In this document: in pieces, positions 44,681 through 54,619 of the stretch
Layout of the letters: each line of letters begins with the position of its first letter
Numbering within the stretch: the stretch's first letter is position 1
DNA from: Epithemia pelagica
Taxonomy: Eukaryota; Protista; Bacillariophyta
DNA length: 64,000 nucleotides
Direction: 5' to 3'
NCBI GenBank assembly: GCA_946965045.2
Contig: OX337232.1
Coordinates: forward strand, 3,658,001-3,722,000
Program-made: the position numbers and the translations under genes
Notes under the pieces: model-generated
The model's database searches: none
Told to the model about the DNA's origin: nothing
The model's input: the letters and a program-made list of their open reading frames with translations, nothing else

Positions 44681-46096
44681 TCAAACGCTTCTCTTCTTAC
44701 GTTGGCTCATGATAGCGCCGACACCCTTTGTGTCGTTATCATGACCATCAGACGATTCATCCGAAATGTCGGGTGTTTCGTCTCCATTGGTACGCGGTTT
44801 CTTGTTGGATTTGCTTGAGATTGCTCCAACTCCACGCCTCTTGTCACGCTTCTCTCTTGCGTCTCGTACCCTTTGACGCTCTTCTCCGCTTAACTTAGCC
44901 CATTCATTGGGTTTATAATAGCGATCAGTGACTTCTCTCTCTTTCTTAGTTTCATTCTTCTTTCCACTTCCTTTATTCTGTTTAGAAGTCGATACTCCAG
45001 AGATTCTTGCTTGTTTCCTACTTGCTGCGCTGTAGGATACCTTGCTGTCCAATACTTCTGCAAGGAAATTAGATGCGTTCTCGAAGGTTGAACGTAAGAA
45101 TGGCGTCGCCAAGATTTGGTTCTTAGCGCTTTCAAGCCGAGAATCTGAGGTACCAGTCATCAAGATTCTAACTTTTCTTTCCTCACTGACATTTTCGCCT
45201 GTGGATTCAAGATCCGTAAAGGCACGTTGCAATGTTTCGATATATCGTTCATATGTGAAGTTGCGCTTGGAACCGTCAAAGTAGGTGCTTTCCAAGATCT
45301 GATCGGCTTTGGCTCGGAGACGAGACTGAAAGACGTCACCTAGGTAGTGCGTCTTAAGGGCCAAGTATGCAGCACGTCCATTGCGGGTGCGGGCGAAGGA
45401 CATCACCCATCCCCAGCCAGGACCGTCATGAGTGATATGTCGAATGACTTCCCATACGGCAACCATGTCAGTGGTTGCTGTAGGGCCTTGATGCGATGCG
45501 CGCCGAATCATCTCAGCTAAAATAGTTGGGGTGCCAAACCCATTTGGATCTGTCGTTTCCTGTTGGACGTCGGGATTTTCTCTCACATAGGCAGCAAGGG
45601 GAATTCCAGTTGCTCCACGCTTGCGTTCCAAATAGTTATCCAAGTCTTCAAGAACAACTCGAATATTATCGACGCTGCTGAGTTTCCCAGGTAGTTCAAC
45701 TTCGTTATCATACTCGTCTTCAGCTTCTTTGAACCGATACAACAGGGTCAAGTCATTCATCGTCGGTGGAACTGCAGCGAAGGTGCGATTGATTTTCCCA
45801 ATGTGAACGATGTAGTAACGGAGCATCTTGAGTTTCTTTTCAACCAGGTGCCCGATGAGGACTCCTGGATTAGCTATCATTGCTGGTACTCCAGCCGGAT
45901 CAGGGTTGGGGATGAGGCCACCAGGTTTACGAGCGTTGGTACAAATTTTGGCGACGTCTGCCTCGCTGAGGGCTTCAAAGTCATAGACGGAGGTTAGGCC
46001 TTGACCATTGAGAGCAGTACGAACTGCTGGATCGTTAATCTGCAGGACGACATCCAAATACACGTTCAGTAGTTGCATAGGATTCGGTGCTGCCAT
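44681..46096 (-). CDS. gag: Copia gag (471 aa)
   Basis: CoDi-type gag motifs (RNGRAAYLALKTHYLG, NFTYERYIETLQRAF, YYKPNEWAKLSGEER). Ends in a TGA that is in frame with pol. Confidence 0.85.
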   Translation of the reverse strand: MAAPNPMQLLNVYLDVVLQINDPAVRTALNGQGLTSVYDFEALSEADVAKICTNARKPGGLIPNPDPAGVPAMIANPGVLIGHLVEKKLKMLRYYIVHIGKINRTFAAVPPTMNDLTLLYRFKEAEDEYDNEVELPGKLSSVDNIRVVLEDLDNYLERKRGATGIPLAAYVRENPDVQQETTDPNGFGTPTILAEMIRRASHQGPTATTDMVAVWEVIRHITHDGPGWGWVMSFARTRNGRAAYLALKTHYLGDVFQSRLRAKADQILESTYFDGSKRNFTYERYIETLQRAFTDLESTGENVSEERKVRILMTGTSDSRLESAKNQILATPFLRSTFENASNFLAEVLDSKVSYSAASRKQARISGVSTSKQNKGSGKKNETKKEREVTDRYYKPNEWAKLSGEERQRVRDAREKRDKRRGVGAISSKSNKKPRTNGDETPDISDESSDGHDNDTKGVGAIMSQRKKRSV

Positions 46097-46537
46097 GGTT
46101 GCGATTGTTCTCCTTTTTCGGACTTGTTCGGACTTTCCAGCGAAGTGAGCTTCATTAGTTTTGGGGGAATTTCCACGTCATGGTCTGAATTCTACTTGCG
46201 AGCGAGCGGTAGAATCGGAGTTGGAGTGCTTGCATAAGGTGCTAGGACGGCGCACGCCATTTAAGTAATGAACATGTCCGTATAGCGGCATCCTTCAACG
46301 GCAGGATGTGCGGCGCGTCCGCCATTGCCCGGTGTGTGCGCATACGCTGACCACACACCACAATCATCCATCTCGAGCCCCGTTGCAGGCGAGATATTAG
46401 TGAGATGAAAGGGAGTACAGGTATCCAACCTAGGGCAGTCATTCTTCCAAGCGAATGATCTAGATATTTCGCGACCTTCCCAGGCCATGGTAGTGTAACA
46501 TCTCCTTCATCGGTTAATGCAGTTGGGTCTGATAAAC

Positions 46538-46734
46538 CAAATTACGCGTGTGATACCAAGTGAAAAACTAAAATAGTGAGCATTAAGCTATGCGTCCCTC
46601 ATGGGTTAGCTACTCGCCCAAAACTCGCTTAATATCAGTCGCCTTTCTTGATAGGTCTGCCATCATCTGATCGGATATTGTAAGATTATTCGCTCTATGT
46701 CATCATCATCTGATTATCTCTCTCTCTGATTTCA
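46538..46734 (-). repeat. 5' LTR of the copia element (only 46538-46650 matches the 3' LTR)
   Basis: 113-bp match to 40404-40516. The rest is unrelated to the 3' LTR. A possible TG start lies at 46734 on the minus strand. Confidence 0.6.
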
Positions 46735-47481
46735 TGGGCGTTCTTGGATGCGAACCATCATAGTAAAATGTTGGGCCTAAATAAAGAAGACCCCAATCCC
46801 CCATCTCCAACCGAAAATCGACGACTATGACTCGGATTGGAGAGAGGTGAAAAAGGTGTGATTCGGGGTGTGGTTCGGGGTGTGGTTTCCGGGTTCCAAG
46901 GTGAGATTCAAGATAGCTATCTTAGAAAGTTAGCCTAGTTTACACCATCTTAGCCGTTCATTCAATAAATAATTCACGAGAAATATTATTGCCTTTATTG
47001 CCCCATTTACTATAGAGATATTCAGTAGGTAAAAAGGTCTGATTCGGGATATCCTTATCCTTAATAATTTACTGAATCACACCTTTTTCACCTCCAGCCC
47101 ATCAAATGGTGAAAAAGGTGTGGTTCGGGGTGTGATTCGGGGTGTGATTCGGAGAAATAGTTCTCCTCTACAACAACTCATTACACTAATATAGTAATCC
47201 CTAGCGATATTCTACAAGATAGCGATAGTACAATATTCGGCGATTAGCGAGGATCGTATGTGTATGTTCCTTTGAGTTCCTTCGAGAGCGCACGATTGAT
47301 TTTGGCACGAATCGGTTCATTCGCGCCTCAATGCTATGAGCGACTATGAGTGAGCGATACCTTTCCGCGGGAGCATTTCAACGTCAAAGATGACATTTTG
47401 TTCTCATTGACTTCCTGTTCTCATTATTTCATGAAAACAATTTCATCAAGCCTCAAACTTAAACTACAGCAACCAACCGTG

Positions 47482-48378
47482 ATGCAAACGCCCAACCTTC
47501 ATTACCTCACATTGGCACTACTACTAGCCACGACGATAAATGCCGACAACGACGTCCCGGGATGTGCTTGCCAGGCCGACACGACCTGCGGAACGAAACA
47601 TTTGAACGCCGAAGTCTTGTATCCCGATTCCTTGTTTCCCGACGTCTTAGCGTGCTCCTTGGCCCAGCGCAGCGACCCTCCCTATCGCTTTCCTGACGTT
47701 TTGGATCAACCCCTTTGCGATGGCTTGGAAGCCGACCCCGAGTTCCAACGAGCCGTGGGAAACGAATCGATCCCCTACTATATCAATGGACAGGGCGAGC
47801 CGTACTACGAAACGGGATTCGTGGCCATGAAGATCGCCCAGGGAAGTTGCGAGGATTTGATTGCTGAGCAGAATTCCTGTCCAGTGGCTACTGACGGAAG
47901 CAACCAAGACCCAGACGAGGAGGATGAGTTTGGTTCCGGAAATTCCTACAGCAGAGTCGAACCGAAAGCCTGTACCTCCTTGGGAAGGACGCTTCCCACC
48001 ACCAATTCGACGCTGAAGGTATCCTTTGCGTGCGAATCATGGAATTCACCCGACAAGAACATTACGGGCGGGTACGAGGATGGGATTTCCATCCACGCGA
48101 TCCTCGGAGAGGACCTGGATCTTTGCGGCGACGACAAACAAGCTTTCCCTCCTTCCCTGACACGGGAAGACTGGATCGAGCCCAAGGCCGGCAGCAGCCG
48201 CCGATACATGACCAAGGAAATCGTGGATGACGGGACCGAATATTGTCTGTTGGTAATGTCCATTGGGAACGAGCCCTGCCGAGGCCCACAACCCGCCTCC
48301 TCTTCGTCACGCACGACGAACAGAACTCTGCTCATGGTCGGTCCGCTCGCGCTTGCTTTTCTTTCTTGGGTTCTTTAA
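47482..48378 (+). CDS. Secreted Cys-rich protein with GPI-anchor-like C-terminus
   Basis: Signal-like MQTPNLHYLTLALLLATTINA, many Cys, and C-terminal PASSSSRTTNRTLLMVGPLALAFLSWVL. Intact ORF inside the MULE-like element. Confidence 0.75.
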   Translation: MQTPNLHYLTLALLLATTINADNDVPGCACQADTTCGTKHLNAEVLYPDSLFPDVLACSLAQRSDPPYRFPDVLDQPLCDGLEADPEFQRAVGNESIPYYINGQGEPYYETGFVAMKIAQGSCEDLIAEQNSCPVATDGSNQDPDEEDEFGSGNSYSRVEPKACTSLGRTLPTTNSTLKVSFACESWNSPDKNITGGYEDGISIHAILGEDLDLCGDDKQAFPPSLTREDWIEPKAGSSRRYMTKEIVDDGTEYCLLVMSIGNEPCRGPQPASSSSRTTNRTLLMVGPLALAFLSWVL

Positions 48379-48589
48379 GCTAGCGATCTTTCCTCTAACT
48401 TTTGATTATTGATGGATCACGTGCTCCATTTGGTAAGCTCTGCATTGGGGAAGATATACGAAGCAGTCCCAACATTAAGAATATGCCGACATGATATACT
48501 TGCCTGGAATCGGCCGCACTACAGCATGGGCCTCGCCAGAACTAATATTCTAGAATATAACAAGCTATTTGCTATAAAAATATTACACA

Positions 48590-49474
48590 GATTATTATGT
48601 CTACGGTTATCAAGTTGGGTGGCACAATGCCATGAGGTGGAAAGACACGTGGGAGTCTCTCAACGGGCAGCGTCTACAACTCTGGAAGAAATTCTTGAAA
48701 ACAGAAACTCCATGGCCGACCCACGAAATTCTTCCTTGGTGATATTTGCCTTTTGCAGTGTCGACAAGCATGCATCGTGTATAGCAGGATTAATCTGTCT
48801 GATCTTGAGTTGAGAGCGTGAAGGATAGCTTGTGATATTATTGTTCTTGGCAGCGGCGTGCGCATCGGAAATGGGACACAAATCCTCGGATAGTAAAAAG
48901 TAGCACGTCGTGGACGAGTTGTCGTTGCTGGGGCAAGTAAGTTGGTCCCGAAAGTTCCATGGTCGAGCTGAGATGAGACGCTGGCCGAGCCTCATGCCTC
49001 TGCACATGGCAAGGGACCACAGGTGCAAATCACTGCCCATTCCGCAGCAGTTTCGCCATCGAAATGTTGCCTCGGGCATACTAAGGTACAAGAACTTTGA
49101 TGAGCTGCGATTCGTTTGGCCATGGGAGAGTGCAGGTCCAATTGCGTCCAATCCAGTCGCAAACGAGCAGAAGGGACCGGCAAGGACTCTTTGTGCTCCC
49201 CAATGGATGTATCATTCGCAACGGTTGCCGGATCACGTTGAGATGTCCGATTGTCGACGTCCTGTGCGGAAGGATCTGCGGCCGTTGTGAAAGCTTGATT
49301 GTTCATAACAGTTGCGAACGGGGTCCACATGCTTTGAGAAAGACGCACACTTAAAAGGATCTGACATAGGAACACCCACACAAACACGAAGAGGGTCATC
49401 CATACAGCTTTGCTACGAATGGTGGGAAACTCATTGCGGGTGGTTCGACCTGTCTTTACTAGTAGCGGCGACAT
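48590..49474 (-). pseudogene. 5' fragment of a type II membrane fucosyltransferase-like glycosyltransferase
   Basis: N-terminal TM (WMTLFVFVWVFLCQILLSV), RIAAHQSSC, frameshift, FRWRNCCGMGSDLHLWS…PWNFRDQ…C…CYF…EFLFSRIS, stop/frameshift, VPPNLITV, then truncation. The family call is from recalled motif resemblance only. Confidence 0.5.
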
Positions 49475-50162
49475 GGAACCAAACGAGTCCACACGACAAG
49501 TATCATCGTCGTTTGTGTGTTTGTGTGTTGGGGTTTGGGGACTTCTACGACTTATCCTTAGGACTGGTCTTATCATCAGTGAGAAATATCGCCGTGGAAT
49601 GACGTGGACTCCAAAAAATTGCGGGTCGAACTACCTCTCCTTTTTCAACTACAATCGAAGTTGTTAACTTTGGAGTGAACTCTGGGTCATCTATGAAGGA
49701 CGAGATTGCGTCTTTCTCACGAGATTTGTTGGTCTCACAAACATCACCGTCTCTGCTGCTGTAGGGCAAGGTTGATTGGCCTGTAACTTTTGCCCATACC
49801 CACTTAACGCCATACGTAAGGGAGCAGTATATATACTTATCCCATAAATTCGAGCAGTATATACACTCCTCCCATAACTTTGAAGACATCTAATAATTGG
49901 AATATAGATGTCATCAGCTTTTTGACAGGTCAGTCGAATTTATCACGGAATTTTGAACATTTCTATATATCATAGTCTACACTGATTTTCCAATCCTACT
50001 CACTGTTCCGTCGATCAAAGATTGGCCACTTTCGCTCATTTTCCGCCTCCCTCGCCAGAGGTGCTACTTCGACGACCTCTATCTTCATCCACATTTACTT
50101 TGCACTGGCACCACTCTCCATTCTGGTCTGTCATATACTGAACAAGACACATTCCTAAGAGC

Positions 50163-53100
50163 ATGTCCTCCCAGGCATCGGCTGTGCCAGGAGAGACGCA
50201 GACGTCAGAATCAGTGAAATCTCCAAATTTGCTGGTCGACTCGTCCCAGCCATCTCAAGGGGAACCACCACCTCATGTTCCTGTACAAAGATCGCGTTTT
50301 TCCTATGCAAAGAAGAAGCTCATCGCCCCTCATACCTTTTGGTTGGACAGGAATTACTTGGACCGCTTTTCCGAAACTTTCCCACGCTGTGATGCGAGAA
50401 CCCCTCTTCACATGGACGGCCAGGTCGTGTCCTGCCCAACATCGAAGAATGGACAAGTGTATGTCATAGTCTGGAATCAACTACCCCATCCGAATCTAAA
50501 TTCCCAGTGGGTCAGAAGTCATTTCAAGTCGTCTCCATACGTCAAGAATATGCTGAAGGAGTACATTTTGGATTTTGTTTATCCGGGCAAACAGTCTTCA
50601 CCTCAACGAAAGAAACCCCCGCCCAATCAAGAGAATCCTATGACGGAACCCAACAACACTCGGCCAATTGATAGTCAAAGAGTAACGATGCAGGATGATA
50701 CGCGAGCAGTGACACAAACCGACAGACCTCATCTTCCACCAGCCAAAAAAGCCCCTCCCAACCCAAATGAAGACGACGACGATAGTTCAGTGTCTTCTGG
50801 GCAATTGATCCCTCAATCACAACTTCCCTCGACAACCGAACGCGCACAGCGACGGGCCCAGCTAAAAACGGCTACCGAGGAAGACACATCACCTGCTATT
50901 GGAAATAGTTCAGGTCGTTCAAACAACCAACAAGGAGAAGATACAACACCAACCCACGCTGTTGGGCCACAACAACCCGCAAGGCTTTTTGGTAGTGGGA
51001 ACACGACGGATACTGGTGTAACCTCTAGAGCTTCCCTGCGGAGTGACCCTCCGAATCAAAATGTGTCTTCTGATTCCGAATCAGAAGATGAGGAGGACAA
51101 TGCCAGAACATTCGAGGAGCACACCGATCGACCGGAGAATGTGTTGGACGAAGACAGGAGATCGGAAGCAGACGATGAAGAAGAAACAGAAGATGACGAG
51201 GCCGCAAACAACCAGAAAGAACAAACAACTATTCGTGAGATGATGAATGCCCTTGTGTTCTCTTATCAGGAAACTCCCTTGTCGCAACAAGCATCACACT
51301 GGATAGGCAACGACGCAAACCATCGATCAATGTACAGTGGTCCGGATGGCCTGAAAGACAACGTGGCGGAGAACTTCAGTAATCCCTTTGAATGTCTCCA
51401 GTATGTTGGCGGCCTCTCTATGGATGTAATAGCACACATTGCGAACTCAACAAATGACTACTTTCATCAAAGGATTGAGCCAAACCTTCCAAGGAAACGA
51501 ACTTACTATCATTCCCAAAAATGGGTTGATGTGTCAATAGAGGAAATGGTACGATTTTTGGGTTTGATTCTGATGATGTCGCTCCGACCAGTTGACGCAG
51601 GAGGATATGCGGCTCATTTTCAAACAACCAACCGTGTCTACAATATTGGAATGGCCCATCCGGTCATCGAGATAAAAGACAGTGCCGGGTGGGCTTCCAA
51701 GTACATGAAACTGGGCCGCTTTAGACAAATCCGAGGAGCTTTCCACTTGGACGAAAAGTCCAGCCAAAGAGGTGGCGACAAGTGCTACCAGTTGCGCAAG
51801 ATCTTGACTGCAGTGAATGCTGGATCCAAACGAAGCTTCAGAGTTCCACGCGACCTTGCCTTTGATGAAGGAGGTATTGGATGCCGCTCAAGATATTGCC
51901 CCGTCAGGCAATACAACAAAGATAAGCCACAAAAATTTCGTGTGGATTTCTTTATTTTATCATCATCCTCAACGTATGCTATCCTACACATTGATGTGTA
52001 TCAGGGCAAAAATCCTACGAACTCATACATCAAGAAGCAAGCACGACAGCTCCCAACCACAATGAAGGCTGTTGTGAACGCCTGTTACGCCCTACAGCTC
52101 CATAAGAGGACGGATGGCTATCGCCATGTGGCAATGGATAACCGGTACACAGCCCCAAGATTGGCTGTTGTTCTTCGTGACAGACTTCGACTGTTCTCCA
52201 CCGGAACTTGCAGAGCCAATCGGAAAGGTTGGGACAGTAAGAGATTGAACCTAAAAAAAGACCGGACCAATCGTGGGGAGTCACTGTTGTTCCATGATCC
52301 GGTGAACGGATTGATTTTCGGACAGTGGGTTGACTCCAAGGTCGTAAATTTTGTATCTTCCTACGAGGATGTGGGAAGTGGGACAGTGCGTCGTCAAGTG
52401 GGGCAAAATAAAGAAGAGTTTCTCTGTCCAGTTCCATTGATCCGATACCAGATGACTATGGGAGGGGTTGATAATGGGGACCAAATGCGATTGCAGTTTG
52501 GCGGTTTCGGCACCCGTGTGAAGTTCAAGAAATGGTACAAAAAGGCTGCCTTAGGGATTCTTGACGTCATGTTACTGAATTCCTATATAGCCTGGAACTT
52601 GTCATCAAGCGACCGTCCCCGTGCGCGGAGAATCAAACTTACACGGTTTGGGTATTATACAATCGTTGCTCAGCAGATGTGCGAATTTGTTGCTCCGATG
52701 GAAGTGGATGCTCTTGGAAGACGGGTCTCTACCAACACCGGTCGCAGAGTCTGTGAAAATGGTCATTTCCCTGTTCCAGTAGATCCCAACAAGCAAATTG
52801 GCTGCGCGGTATGCCTATTAGAATATCGATGGAGGAAAGACAAGCTGAAGATGACGGGTCTGCATTCCAACGTTGGAACCTGTGTCAAATGCGGAATAAC
52901 AGCTCACTTGGTCCATTGCGGTCACAAAAAACAACAAGGCTGGCACATTCACAATCTACCGGAATTCGACAAGCTCACATGTTTCGAAATCGTACATTCG
53001 GAACACGGAAGACAAATGTTTGTCCAAAATCACCCGTCCAGCAGATACAAGTATTCGATAAGAAAAAGCCATCCGTTGATGGTACAGCTTCGTGAAATGC

Positions 53101-53528
53101 ATGGTCTCACACCAAGGCACACAAGAACACGACGAGCACGGAATGATAGGCGAATGGAACAACGGCAACAACAACAACAACAAAGTAACGCTGCACTGCA
53201 TGACGAAGAGCAAATGCAACAAAAGCGAGGAAGAGCTCGTCTGTCACAGAATGGGATGGACTCTGACAATGACTTAGACGAAAGTGACGACAGAGAGGCC
53301 AACAGCTCATCACAGGTAGCCAGATCAAAAAGACCAAGACGATCATCCCGTCCAAGAAATATTGTTACCCAAACACAACAAGATTCAGACGAAAGTAATG
53401 ACTTGGACGATGAGACAGACAACGACTATTCGGATGGTGACAAAAGTTCATCGGACGAAGAGAACTATGAAGAATTATATGCCTCCAGTGAGGGAGAGGA
53501 CGTTCCCTCTATGACAGATACCATATAG
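50163..53528 (+). CDS. piggyBac transposase (1121 aa)
   Basis: DDD triad DLAFDEGG, HVAMDNRYT, MGGVDNGDQM. KWYKK..LGILDVMLLNSYI. C-terminal Cys-rich CAVC…CVKC…H. Intact ORF. Confidence 0.92.
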   Translation: MSSQASAVPGETQTSESVKSPNLLVDSSQPSQGEPPPHVPVQRSRFSYAKKKLIAPHTFWLDRNYLDRFSETFPRCDARTPLHMDGQVVSCPTSKNGQVYVIVWNQLPHPNLNSQWVRSHFKSSPYVKNMLKEYILDFVYPGKQSSPQRKKPPPNQENPMTEPNNTRPIDSQRVTMQDDTRAVTQTDRPHLPPAKKAPPNPNEDDDDSSVSSGQLIPQSQLPSTTERAQRRAQLKTATEEDTSPAIGNSSGRSNNQQGEDTTPTHAVGPQQPARLFGSGNTTDTGVTSRASLRSDPPNQNVSSDSESEDEEDNARTFEEHTDRPENVLDEDRRSEADDEEETEDDEAANNQKEQTTIREMMNALVFSYQETPLSQQASHWIGNDANHRSMYSGPDGLKDNVAENFSNPFECLQYVGGLSMDVIAHIANSTNDYFHQRIEPNLPRKRTYYHSQKWVDVSIEEMVRFLGLILMMSLRPVDAGGYAAHFQTTNRVYNIGMAHPVIEIKDSAGWASKYMKLGRFRQIRGAFHLDEKSSQRGGDKCYQLRKILTAVNAGSKRSFRVPRDLAFDEGGIGCRSRYCPVRQYNKDKPQKFRVDFFILSSSSTYAILHIDVYQGKNPTNSYIKKQARQLPTTMKAVVNACYALQLHKRTDGYRHVAMDNRYTAPRLAVVLRDRLRLFSTGTCRANRKGWDSKRLNLKKDRTNRGESLLFHDPVNGLIFGQWVDSKVVNFVSSYEDVGSGTVRRQVGQNKEEFLCPVPLIRYQMTMGGVDNGDQMRLQFGGFGTRVKFKKWYKKAALGILDVMLLNSYIAWNLSSSDRPRARRIKLTRFGYYTIVAQQMCEFVAPMEVDALGRRVSTNTGRRVCENGHFPVPVDPNKQIGCAVCLLEYRWRKDKLKMTGLHSNVGTCVKCGITAHLVHCGHKKQQGWHIHNLPEFDKLTCFEIVHSEHGRQMFVQNHPSSRYKYSIRKSHPLMVQLREMHGLTPRHTRTRRARNDRRMEQRQQQQQQSNAALHDEEQMQQKRGRARLSQNGMDSDNDLDESDDREANSSSQVARSKRPRRSSRPRNIVTQTQQDSDESNDLDDETDNDYSDGDKSSSDEENYEELYASSEGEDVPSMTDTI

Positions 53529-53587
53529 ATAAAAAAGAACTTTCACTTAGTAGTCTCCATTGCATATATTACTGTGAATGATACTTC

Positions 53588-54280
53588 TTATTCTTCTTCC
53601 TCATTACTGGGACGAAAGCCAACGTAGGGTTCGGAGGTGTTTTCATTCGGAAAATTGTCCCGAATGAACTCAACAAGGCAGGGAGGAAGCTCCCTACGAA
53701 CTCCACGCCCAAGTGGACCATGGATTTTGTTTGTCAAACGCCGATACAATTGGTATCGGATGGAACGATTGGATTGCCCGGTATTCTTTAGGTGACTCGC
53801 GATGGAATGAAGGTAGGGGAGGTGTTCAAAGATAAAACAGGGGTTTCTCTTGCATGTGGAGCAAACATGCTCCCAATACATGTATCCATGTGTTGCACTT
53901 GGGGGCGTGTTGTTATTCAGCTCGTGAAGGATCCGTTCAAGGCTTTCCGGACATGCATACTCCAACGGCATGAAACGAGTCTCCGTGCATTCTGGTTTCG
54001 TTTCAATCACACCACCACTGTCATCCGTGACCAGGGTGTTCGCCCTCTGAAGGGTAAACGGAACATACTCCTCTTGGTTTGTTGGGTTGTAGAACTGATC
54101 GGTGTCGATGGTGAGGTCTGTGAAAGAAATGAATGAGGCTGATGAGGTGCAGATGGACAAATATAGATACAACGATGGTGTAACGCAATAAGCACTCGGG
54201 GAACCCACCATCTGTTGCGTCCATCTTGTAGAGGGAAGTAGTGCGAATGTTTCAGCAAGGTAGATCCAATAAAGGGGCAA
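53588..54280 (-). CDS. Accessory protein with P2X7-ballast/KolX-like C-terminal motif
   Basis: CSTCKRNPC followed by RYQLYRRLTNKIHGPLGRGVRRELPPCLVEFIRDNFP…YVGF. Convergent with the transposase (59-bp gap). Start uncertain. Confidence 0.6.
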   Translation of the reverse strand: MPLYWIYLAETFALLPSTRWTQQMVGSPSAYCVTPSLYLYLSICTSSASFISFTDLTIDTDQFYNPTNQEEYVPFTLQRANTLVTDDSGGVIETKPECTETRFMPLEYACPESLERILHELNNNTPPSATHGYMYWEHVCSTCKRNPCFIFEHLPYLHSIASHLKNTGQSNRSIRYQLYRRLTNKIHGPLGRGVRRELPPCLVEFIRDNFPNENTSEPYVGFRPSNEEEE

Positions 54281-54619
54281 TGACAGTGGTGAACGACCGC
54301 TTCAATGGTCTTCACTGTGATGAGTGCAACAGAAATGACATTCATCTGAACTTAAAACGACTACTTTTCAAACCGTGTTAAGATGGGAGTAGTTTATGGG
54401 AGTCAAAGTACTGATCCCATATTTTTTATGGGAGTAGTTTATTTTCTACTCCGTTACCCTTAAAACCCGTTCCTTACGTATGGCGTTAAACAGCATGTCA
54501 GCGTTCGCTTTTTGAAGTGAAAGTGCAATAAGCCTATACTACCTAGACATTTCATTATCAACCGGTCCACCAACCTCCTCTTCCCCTTAAATCATATAAG
54601 TCTAACGTTCACTGTCCAA

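Larger units (their letters stand above)
40404..46734 (-). mobile_element. Ty1/copia LTR retrotransposon, CoDi-like
   Basis: Domain order gag-PR-IN-RT-RH. 113-bp direct repeat at 40404-40516 and 46538-46650 (1 mismatch). The minus-strand PPT GGAGGAGATGGAAGAAGATATA adjoins TGTTG at 40590. The right boundary is uncertain and no TSD was found. Confidence 0.9.
49808..54485 (+). mobile_element. 4,678-bp piggyBac-like DNA transposon
   Basis: TTAA at 49804-07 and 54486-89. Perfect 14-bp TIR CGCCATACGTAAGG. Inverted subterminal TCCCATAA motifs at both ends. Confidence 0.92.

Noticed and set aside
40697-46096. Alternative genetic code (TGA=Trp or Sec) to explain two in-frame TGAs in the copia
   Set aside because: Trp is encoded by TGG throughout, TGA terminates other genes in the window, and neither position corresponds to a conserved Trp or Cys.
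46844-47094. Independent MITE call
   Set aside because: No TSD flanks this inverted pair on its own, so it is kept only as a sub-structure of the MULE end.
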